A DNA stretch of 64,000 bases from Nemertoderma westbladi (taxonomy: Eukaryota; Animalia; Xenacoelomorpha). The notes under the pieces are model-generated. The model made no database searches, was not told the origin of the DNA, and worked only from the letters and a program-made list of their open reading frames with translations. The DNA lies in assembly GCA_032718475.1 (NCBI GenBank), contig JAUCBJ010006685.1:27291-91290 (forward strand), written 5' to 3'. The translations under genes were made by a program, and so were the position numbers. Below, piece after piece: positions 53,701-64,000 of the stretch (position 1 is its first letter; the number at the start of each line of letters is the position of its first letter).

Positions 53701-56700
53701 GAACTACTTGCTGTACTTCTCCATGGACTATATATTTCTCACGAACTACTTGCTTTACTTCCCCAATGACTATATATTTCTCACGAACTACTTGCTGTAC
53801 TTCCCCAATGACTATATATTTCTCACGAACTACTTGCTTTACTTCCCCAATGACTATATATTTCTCACGAACTACTTGCTTTACTTCCCCAATGACTATA
53901 TATTTCTCACGAACTACTTGCTGTACTTCCCCAATGACTATATATTTCTCACGAACTACTTGCTTTACTTCCCCAATGACTATATATTTCTCACGAACTA
54001 CTTGCTTTACTTCCCCAATGACTATATATTTCTCACGAACTACTTGCTGTACTTCCCCAATGACTATATATTTCTCACGAACTACTTGCTGTACTTCCCC
54101 AATGACTATATATTTCTCACGAACTACTTGCTTTACTTCCCCAATGACTATATATTTCTCACGAACTACTTGCTTTACTTCCCCAGGGACTATATATTTC
54201 TCACGAACTACTTGCTTTACTTCCCCAATGACTAGATATTTCTCACGAACTACTTGCTTTACTTCCCCAATGACTAGATATTTCTCACGAACTACTTGCT
54301 TTACTTCAACAGGGACTAGATATTTCTCACGAACTACTTGCTGTACTTCCCCAGGGACTATATATTTCTCACAAACTACTTGCTGTACTTCCCCAATGAC
54401 TATATATTTCTCACGAACTACTTGCTTTACTTCCCCAATGACTATATATTTCTCACGAACTACTTGCTTTACTTCCCCAATGACTAGATATTTCTCACGA
54501 ACTACTTGCTGTACTTCCCCAATGACTATATATTTCTCACGAACTACTTGCTTTACTTCCCTAATGACTATATATTTCTCACGAACTACTTGCTTTACTT
54601 CCCCAATGACTAGATATTTCTCACGAACTACTTGCTGTACTTCCCCAATGACTATATATTTCTCACGAACTACTTGCTTTACTTCCCCAATGACTAGATA
54701 TTTCTCACGAACTACTTGCTGTACTTCCCCAATGACTATATATTTCTCACGAACTACTTGCTTTACTTCCCTAATGACTATATATTTCTCACGAACTACT
54801 TGCTGTACTTCCCCAATGACTATATATTTCTCACGAACTACTTGCTTTACTTCCCCAATGACTAGATATTTCTCACGAACTACTTGCTTTACTTCAACAG
54901 GGACTAGATATTTCTCACGAACTACTTGCTGTACTTCCCCAGGGACTATATATTTCTCACGAACTACTTGCTGTACTTCCCCAATGACTTTATATTTCTC
55001 ACGAACTATTGCTTTACTTCCCCAATGACTATATATTTCTCACGAACTACTTGCTTTACTTCCCCAATGACTAGATATTTCTTGCGAACTACTTGCTTTA
55101 CTTCCCCAATGACTAGATATTTCTCACGAACTACTTGCTGTACTTCCCCAGGGACTATATATTTCTCACGAACTACTTGCTGTACTTCCCCAGGGACTAT
55201 ATATTTCTCACGAACTACTTGCTGTACTTCCCCAGGGACTATATATTTCTCACGAACTACTTGCTTTACTTCCCCAATGACTATATATTTCTCACGAACT
55301 ACTTGCTTTACTTCCCCAATGACTATATATTTCTCACGAACTACTTGCTGTACTTCCCCAATGACTATATATTTCTCACGAACTACTTGCTTTACTTCCC
55401 CAATGACTAGATATTTCTCACGAACTACTTGCTTTACTTCCCCAATGACTATATATTTCTCACGAACTACTTGCTGTACTTCCCCAGGGACTATATATTT
55501 CTCACGAACTACTTGCTGTACTTCCCCAGGGACTATATATTTCTCACGAACTACTTGCTTTACTTCCCCAATGACTATATATTTCTCACGAACTACTTGT
55601 TGTACTTCCCCAGGGACTAGATATTTCTCACGAACTACTTGCTGTACTTCCCCAGGGACTATATATTTCTCACGAACTACTTGCTTTACTTCCCCAATGA
55701 CTATATATTTCTCACGAACTACTTGCTGTACTTCAACAGGGACTATATATTTCTCACGAACTACTTGCTTTACTTCCCCAGGGACTATATATTTCTCACG
55801 AACTACTTGCTTTACTTCCCCAATGACTATATATTTCTCACGAACTACTTGCTTTACTTCCCCAATGACTATATATTTCTCACGAACTACTTGCTGTACT
55901 TCCCCAGGGACTATATATTTCTCACGAACTACTTGCTTTACTTCCCCAATGACTATATATTTCTCACGAACTACTTGCTGTACTTCCCCAATGACTATAT
56001 ATTTCTCACGAACTACTTGCTCTACTTCAACAGGGACTATATTTTTCTCACGAACTACTTGCTTTACTTCCCCAATGACTATATATTTCTCACGAACTAC
56101 TTGCTGTACTTCCCCAATGACTATATATTTCTCACGAACTACTTGCTGTACTTCCCCAGTGACTATATATTTCTCACGAACTACTTGCTCTACTTCAACA
56201 GGGACTAGATATTTCTCACGAACTACTTGCTGTACTTCCCCAATGACTATATATTTCTCACGAACTACTTGCTGTACTTCCCCAATGACTATATATTTCT
56301 CACGAACTACTTGCTTTACTTCCCCAATGACTAGATATTTCTCACGAACTACTTGCTTTACTTCCCCAATGACTATATATTTCTCACGAACTACTTGCTG
56401 TACTTCCCCAGGGACTATATATTTCTCACGAACTACTTGCTGTACTTCCCCAGGGACTATATATTTCTCACGAACTACTTGCTTTACTTCCCCAATGACT
56501 ATATATTTCTCACGAACTACTTGTTGTACTTCCCCAGGGACTAGATATTTCTCACGAACTACTTGCTGTACTTCCCCAGGGACTATATATTTCTCACGAA
56601 CTACTTGCTTTACTTCCCCAATGACTATATATTTCTCACGAACTACTTGTTGTACTTCCCCAGGGACTATATATTTCTCACGAACTACTCGCTTTACTTC

Positions 56701-58832
56701 CCCAATAACTATATATTTCTCACGAACTACTTGCTTTACTTCCCCAGGGACTATATATTTCTCACGAACTACTTGCTTTACTTCCCCAATGACTATATAT
56801 TTCTCACGAACTACTTGCTGTACTTCAACAGGGACTATATATTTCTCACGAACTACTTGCTTTACTTCCCCAGGGACTATATATTTCTCACGAACTACTT
56901 GCTTTACTTCCCCAATGACTATATATTTCTCACGAACTACTTGCTTTACTTCCCCAATGACTATATATTTCTCACGAACTACTTGCTGTACTTCCCCAGG
57001 GACTATATATTTCTCACGAACTACTTGCTTTACTTCCCCAATGACTATATATTTCTCACGAACTACTTGCTGTACTTCAACAGGGACTATATATTTCTCA
57101 CGAACTACTTGCTTTACTTCCCCAGGGACTATATATTTCTCACGAACTACTTGCTTTACTTCCCCAATGACTATATATTTCTCACGAACTACTTGCTTTA
57201 CTTCCCCAATGACTATATATTTCTCACGAACTACTTGCTGTACTTCCCCAGGGACTATATATTTCTCACGAACTACTTGCTGTACTTCCCCAGGGACTAT
57301 ATATTTCTCACGAACTACTTGCTTTACTTCCCCAATGACTATATATTTCTCACGAACTACTTGCTGTACTTCAACAGGGACTATATATTTCTCACGAACT
57401 ACTTGCTTTACTTCCCCAGGGACTATATATTTCTCACGAACTACTTGCTTTACTTCCCCAGGGACTATATATTTCTCACGAACTACTTGCTGTACTTCCC
57501 CAATGACTATATATTTCTCACGAACTACTTGCTTTACTTCCCCAATGACTATATATTTCTCACGAACTACTTGCTTTACTTCCCCAATGACTATATATTT
57601 CTCACGAACTACTTGCTGTACTTCTCCATGGACTATTTATTTCTCACGAACTACTTGCTTTACTTCCCCAATGACTATATATTTCTCACGAACTACTTGC
57701 TGTACTTCCCCAATGACTATATATTTCTCACGAACTACTTGCTTTACTTCCCCAATGACTATATATTTCTCACGAACTACTTGCTTTACTTCCCCAATGA
57801 CTATATATTTCTCACGAACTACTTGCTGTACTTCCCCAATGACTATATATTTCTCACGAACTACTTGCTTTACTTCCCCAATGACTATATATTTCTCACG
57901 AACTACTTGCTTTACTTCCCCAATGACTATATATTTCTCACGAACTACTTGCTGTACTTCCCCAATGACTATATATTTCTCACGAACTACTTGCTGTACT
58001 TCCCCAATGACTATATATTTCTCACGAACTACTTGCTGTACTTCCCCAATGACTATATATTTCTCACGAACTACTTGCTGTACTTCCCCAATGACTATAT
58101 ATTTCTCACGAACTACTTGCTTTACTTCCCCAATGACTATATATTTCTCACGAACTACTTGCTTTACTTCCCCAATGACTATATATTTCTCACGAACTAC
58201 TTGCTGTACTTCCCCAATGACTATATATTTCTCACGAACTACTTGCTGTACTTCCCCAATGACTATATATTTCTCACGAACTACTTGCTGTACTTCCCCA
58301 ATGACTATATATTTCTCACGAACTACTTGCTGTACTTCCCCAATGACTATATATTTCTCACGAACTACTTGCTTTACTTCCCCAATGACTATATATTTCT
58401 CACGAACTACTTGCTTTACTTCCCCAGGGACTATATATTTCTCACGAACTACTTGCTTTACTTCCCCAATGACTAGATATTTCTCACGAACTACTTGCTT
58501 TACTTCCCCAATGACTAGATATTTCTCACGAACTACTTGCTTTACTTCAACAGGGACTAGATATTTCTCACGAACTACTTGCTGTACTTCCCCAGGGACT
58601 ATATATTTCTCACGAACTACTTGCTGTACTTCCCCAATGACTATATATTTCTCACGAACTACTTGCTTTACTTCCCCAATGACTATATATTTCTCACGAA
58701 CTACTTGCTTTACTTCCCCAATGACTAGATATTTCTCACGAACTACTTGCTGTACTTCCCCAATGACTATATATTTCTCACGAACTACTTGCTTTACTTC
58801 CCTAATGACTATATATTTCTCACGAACTACTT
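41784..58832. repeat. Satellite B, block 3
   Basis: Same 42-bp monomer; kb-scale duplicated blocks marked by rare variants. Confidence 0.98.
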
Positions 58833-58861
58833 TGTTACGGTATATGGCGCTGTATCCACAT

Positions 58862-58983
58862 TATTAGTCCGTTATGCAGTATGCAATATTAGTCCGTTAT
58901 GCAGTATGCAATATTAGTCCGTTATGCAGTATGCAATATTAGTCCGTTATACTGTACGTAATATTAGTCCGTTGTGCAGCATG
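58862..58983. repeat. 25-bp tandem repeat x5 in putative U3
   Basis: ATTAGTCCGTTATGCAGTATGCAAT at 58863, 58888, 58913, then diverged at 58938 and 58963. Confidence 0.9.
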
Positions 58984-59393
58984 ATATTTTAGATAAGGCA
59001 TAATAACGCAGTGGTATTTAGGTAGGGAAATCAAAACGCCCATATATTTGAAACCATCCATTTTGTATAGTATGTAGCCCTACCTACGTAATTTTGTATT
59101 AGGTTATATGTAGATAGTTCCAGGGTAAGTTTATTCGGACCCTGGATTCAGTGCTTGCTGATATTAGCTTTAGTAGGGCTAGCATATAGGGACGCTGTCC
59201 TGGCCATTCAGCAGCCAGAGACGTGAACCATTACCATATATGGTAATAATTCGAGGAAGGGGAGCAAATAGGGCTACAATCCGGCCTCCTTATTGGACTA
59301 GCTGCTTCCAGGTTGGTCTAGTGCTAGCACGGACTGGAGAGCCAATAAGAAAGCGATTGAGTCACCCTATTGCATCACCCCATCCGGATCACC

Positions 59394-59400
59394 TATAAAT
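59394..59400 (+). promoter_or_regulatory. Putative LTR TATA box
   Basis: TATAAAT with CCAAT at 59342 upstream, ~560 bp into the element. Confidence 0.5.
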
Positions 59401-62219
59401 TGGCGGTGTGCCGGTAGAGCCTCACAACTCATCACATGACACCTAGCCCTAGCACCTGTCTTGCTGTTTTTTCTTGATACTTTCTGCAATTTGCTAATTT
59501 GATTAATTTCGTGAAATGATTTGCTAGTGCGATTACTTGCTTGTGTTTCTCAATAATTCCTTTGATTGCTGCTAATTACAATTGAACTATGATTTCTACC
59601 TTTGATTAATGGTTCTATGTGATTCTTTTCTGCGCAATAATCCTAAGGGATTCTGAGACTGTCAGACTTTGTGATTTGCATGCGCCGCTACGGTAGCTAT
59701 TAGCATCATGGAGAGCTAAGGTGCCAGTGGGCGGTGGGCGCATCGGGGGGTTGAGCGACTAGGAGAGAGCGGAGGATTCAAAGCGAGCAACGCTGGCCAG
59801 GGTCACCGTTGCGGGCGGGTAACTTGCACTGCGGCACGCAGACCGATCGCCGGTACAGTAATTAGGGGGCTGATGATCCAGATTTTGTCTCTATTTGGTA
59901 TTAGGGGGGCAGGAATTGGGTTAGTTAGGAATCCTAGATGTACCTGGGAGAGGCCTGCGCGTATTACAACGTTGAGTGTGGAGTACGAGTAGTGAATTGC
60001 ACAATTGTAAACTGTGATTTCTAACGCTGATTGGTGTGTTATTGAAGTGTGCCTAAGATTACGAATGCTTAGATAGGCGCTCTTTTCTTTTGATTGATTT
60101 CTATTTCTTAGTTACAATAATTAGTTATTGATTAGGTCAAAGTAATACGGCAATTTAGGCTATTACTATCGAAACCTGTTGCGTGATAAATTAGAATTAC
60201 GTATTCTGGAACTCTTAGTAATTAGTACGCTGTTAAATATTCGTGACTGTAATTAATTAGTAAAAAATTAAGAATTAGTACGCAGCATAGCGGAGAGTAG
60301 CTAAGGTAATAATTAGTGTACTGTAAACTATTCACGCTGAGCGGTTATTTGCATTAGTGGGCAATCAGCTAGAACGCACTATTCGGTACGCACGATACGC
60401 TAGTAATTTTGCTGGCCTAAAGCCAGTCGCGGGCAGTTTTAGACCCGGGGTGGTATTATCCACGTAGAAACAGATACTGTACCATTTTGATATTTTAAAT
60501 ATTCTCGCATTCACACATTACGTTAGGGAACCTCCAGTATTCGCGATTAGAAAGACGTAGGTAATAGCGTGCTTTAATAGTGATAAAATTAGGCGTAAGA
60601 ATACTCTGAGTGCAAGGCCTCTCGCACTCGTCTTAAGTAAGCTTAGGGAGCCGACTCGGGTTTATTGTTTTGGTTATTCCCGCGTGGCTCATAGATTCGA
60701 ACAGTTAGCTCTCTATCGAGCAATCGGTAGAGAAAGGAACAAGCGATTTTGCAGGAGTTGTGTAAAATTAGTAAAATATATTAGTGGACGGCAGATTAGC
60801 GCCATCTAACGGTAAGTAGCGGTTTTGTATTTAGCAACCCTTACAATTTAGTAATAGCACGCTCCTGATCCCCTTTACTTAACAGTAGAGCAGTCTTTGT
60901 GTCTTATTGGTTAGGCGGGAACTTATTAGGTTGGCAGAGAAGTATACCAGTATTTGTCTGTTCAACAGTTCTGCTGTTAGTATAGAGGTCGCGGTTGTTT
61001 ATCAGTAATACGCGCTGTTTGCTGTAGGCTGTAGCGTACAGTAAATAGAGTATTCTTAGGCTGTTAGCTTAGATTATCGTTACTTTAGATTACTGATACT
61101 TCGTATCAGTAATACGCGTCTATTGCTTTGCTGTACTGCGTACAGTAAGGCAGATAGAGTATTCTTAGGCTGTTAGTTTAGACTACTGTTAGTTTAGATT
61201 ACTGTATTCACTAGTTGCGTACGATAGTACAGTAGTACATTAGGCTGATTGCTGTTACTGCGTACGGTAGAAGGGACATTTGTTTTGCCGTACCACACAC
61301 AGTATCATTAGGCTGTTAGGTTGGTGTACTGTTTTACTTACTGTACTGCATACAGTGGATGTACGGTAGTGCGTTTTTGCTAATTGCGAATACAGCAGTT
61401 CCTTAGGCCTTAGGGCAAATTGTAATTAGTAAGTTTTTTGAAATTTTTAGCTAGGTTTGCGAGAATTCAGTTTTCGGTCAAAATTATTTCGTAAAATTCT
61501 AGAGTTTTGTACCGGTATGTTAAGTAACCGCTTAGTTATTTTATACCATCTGGAGATACATGGCAAGACGGAACTTCTGAGTTTGGGGTTCGTGTGGGTC
61601 TGCGGGTTCGGTTTGCAATCAGCGAAGGGCCTGAATCTTTGGACGCGGACGTGGAATCTCACAGCAAACAAGGTTAGTTGTTCTGTTGGCACCAGTGTGT
61701 TTGTGGAAGCAGTAAAAAATTATCGGTTGTTTAACTGCGAAGCTGAACTCAATTTATTAGTTAGGATATTTAGGTTTAGCCGGCCATGGTTTTTTGAATC
61801 GCTCAAGTTAGAGAGAGAGTTAGAGAGTCGCAACCCGAAGATGTAGCCACGCGCTAGTGGATACATAATAATATTTGAAATTAAAATTACGTTGATTAGA
61901 GCTATATATATATAAAATTAGAAATATTCGGGCGGCAAGTATATTTTGAATATTTTGTATTAGATTCAAAGTTATTTTGTGCTATACCGGTATTTAATGC
62001 TATATAATAGCTATATAATAATATTTTGTTTAAATATTGTGCTAGTATTTGCTATAACTATATACCCCATTAAATTCACAATATTGCATTGCGAATTTAT
62101 TTTGACATTTGGACCAACTGATTATTTGACAATTAATTTGACCGTATTTCGGTTAAATTATAATTATATCTCGAATTTTAGCGAGATATTTTTGCCGGAA
62201 GGCAAATATTATTTAGACT

Positions 62220-64000
62220 ATGAGTGTCTCAGACAAAGAGGCACTAGAGGACAGCTACGAGACGGCGGCTGGACCGCCGACTGACGATAGCGTAAATATT
62301 ACTGTTGACGACAATGCCGACTATGACGACGCAGCGAGCGATGCTGACGTAAGTGAACAGGAGGACGAGACAGTGACTAGTGAGGAAGAACAACAACCTC
62401 AAGTAATAGTATTAGGATCCCCTACCGCTACTGTAAGGAAGGACTGTACGGCAGCCCGGACAGAGGTGAGTGATAGGGAGGGTAGTGTAGCAGAAGCGAG
62501 AGCCCGGAGCCCGGTTTCCAGACCTGTGGGTATGGTAAGTGCCGTGGTCCCGACGGCTGTAAGGAGTACCCGTAGTTCCCGAAATAACCCTTCAAGTCCA
62601 CCGAGCGTAAGTCAGGTAAGTGATAGAGAGTTCGACACTGCGATGAAGAAGAAACTTCGCGCGCATGCCGGACATATAACCCGGACGGCGGACAAGGTAA
62701 GGAAGATGTTAGCTGACTCAGCCAACATCGGGAGGGTAGAGTTAGTAGAGATTAGAAGAGGATATAACTCAGCATTATTCAAGCAGACGGAGGAGCTTGC
62801 AGTCCTAGCGAAGAAGGCAGTAGAGTCTCAGTCGAGCGACGTGGCGACGAGGATTTACGACAGGGTTTTAGCAGCCTTGTTGGAGCACCGCGAGTTGTCG
62901 GAGCGATTCCGACGAGTTAGGACGGAGAACTGGCTGCTATGGACATCACAAGCGCAGGCGACTCAAGTGAGTGACGCAGAGTTAAGAGACTTAGTGGAGC
63001 GAGAAGAGATCCAGGATAAAGAAGAGCGCCGTTATCAGAGGGAAGTTACTAGCTGGCTGATGCAGAATGGAGTGGTGGTACCGGGTCAGGTGCTACCGAC
63101 GACGGAGAACATCCAACAGAGGACGTTGACTCCACCCGACGACGCATCCAGAAACAGCGGCGATTCCCAGGTTAGTCACGCGCGAGGTAAGGTTATATGT
63201 GCTAGATCCCTTGTTTCGCACAACTCGGCGGAGGAGAGAAGACGCCGACTGGACGAACAGCAGGCGGAAGTTTTGCGTGCATCGGAAGCACGGAAGGAAG
63301 CCGAGCGGGAACGGGAACGAACACGTAAGTTAGACACGAAGTTGCGAGAGTTGGAAGAGAAAGGTAAGCGTGAGCGAGCGGAACGCGAGCAGAAGGAACG
63401 TGAACTCGAACTTGAACGCGAGCGCAAGGAACGCGAACTCGAACTTGAACGCGAGCAGAAGGAACGCGAACTCCAGCTCGAACGCGAACAGAAGAAACGT
63501 GAGCTCGAACTTGAACGCGAACGCAAGGAACGCGAACTCGAGATCGACAAGGAGCGACAAGCGTTGTATGAAGAGAAGGCGCGTGTGGAAGAAGAGGGCG
63601 CAGCGAGACGAGCGAGGGAAGAAGAAGAACGTAAACTGGCGCAGTTGGAAAGTGCGAGATTAAGTTTAGAGAGCGAAGAACGGACTAGGAAGGCGAATGA
63701 AATCGCCGAGAAGGGGATGCGAATGATCGAAGAATGTGGGGCGAGTGTAGGGACAGAGTTGCGAGAACTGTTCGCACTGCAGAAGGCCGAACAGGAAGCG
63801 AGAACTCCGACTATACGCGAGTCGACGACGACCAGAATTCCTATACCCGGTCCAGCTATTACGAGTACACGGATCGCTAAACCGTTCTCTACATATCGCA
63901 CGCCAGTTGGTATTAGTGCTTCACCCATCGCGCAGAATCTACGTCATCGGAACACCGCACCACTACACACCGAACACGACGACGAAGAGTTTAGAGAAAC
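62220..64000 (+). CDS. Gag-like polyprotein N-terminus (>=593 aa, open at window end; absent from ORF track)
   Basis: Manual translation MSVSDKEALEDSYETAAG...KKKLRAHAGHITRTADKV...PDDASRNSGDSQVS then long E/R coiled coil (33-bp repeats ~63381-63545); no stop seen to 64000. Confidence 0.82.
   Translation, partial: MSVSDKEALEDSYETAAGPPTDDSVNITVDDNADYDDAASDADVSEQEDETVTSEEEQQPQVIVLGSPTATVRKDCTAARTEVSDREGSVAEARARSPVSRPVGMVSAVVPTAVRSTRSSRNNPSSPPSVSQVSDREFDTAMKKKLRAHAGHITRTADKVRKMLADSANIGRVELVEIRRGYNSALFKQTEELAVLAKKAVESQSSDVATRIYDRVLAALLEHRELSERFRRVRTENWLLWTSQAQATQVSDAELRDLVEREEIQDKEERRYQREVTSWLMQNGVVVPGQVLPTTENIQQRTLTPPDDASRNSGDSQVSHARGKVICARSLVSHNSAEERRRRLDEQQAEVLRASEARKEAERERERTRKLDTKLRELEEKGKRERAEREQKERELELERERKERELELEREQKERELQLEREQKKRELELERERKERELEIDKERQALYEEKARVEEEGAARRAREEEERKLAQLESARLSLESEERTRKANEIAEKGMRMIEECGASVGTELRELFALQKAEQEARTPTIRESTTTRIPIPGPAITSTRIAKPFSTYRTPVGISASPIAQNLRHRNTAPLHTEHDDEEFRE

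Larger units (their letters stand above)
58833..64000 (+). mobile_element. 5' portion of a probable BEL/Pao-like LTR retrotransposon (runs off window)
   Basis: Abrupt junction GAACTACTT|TGTTACGG, TATA-like box, 3.4-kb non-coding leader, then a Gag-like ORF; second LTR and TSD not in window. Confidence 0.7.

Noticed and set aside
22389-58867. Giant ORFs (up to 2198 aa) of TIYFSRTTCFTSP / YIFLTNYLLYFP / EVKQVVREKYIV repeats
   Set aside because: The 42-bp monomer is divisible by 3 and stop-free in several frames on both strands; 1-bp indels and TE insertions are tolerated; no unique domains.
63176-63928. 250-aa Ser/Arg-rich minus-strand ORF
   Set aside because: Shadow of the plus-strand coiled-coil ORF starting at 62220.

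Overview
Eukaryotic (probably invertebrate animal; inference from element types) heterochromatin-like window with no recognisable host gene. About 41 kb is made of two satellites: a 51-bp palindrome-bearing array (1-9980) and a 42-bp array (22430-58832) with higher-order structure. Nearly all giant ORFs in the track are artefacts of monomer lengths divisible by 3. Embedded or adjacent elements: (1) a 5'-truncated RTE-type LINE with a (TAG)n tail and 13-bp TSD in satellite A; (2) older LINE fragments and a Helitron/Helentron-like end; (3) a young, TSD-flanked 6.5-kb BEL/Pao-derived LTR element with no enzymatic domains, a condensed Gag-Pol remnant with a TM-like segment, a 13-copy bulged stem-loop array in its 3' UTR and no TGG primer-binding site; (4) a 233-bp TSD-flanked insert; (5) a 3.25-kb Gypsy-type element with a -1 frameshift signal and RNase H/integrase-core deletion; (6) the 5' part of another BEL/Pao-like element running off the window. 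The 12658-19140 element is the most unusual system. All protein assignments are from motif recognition by eye; no searches were run.
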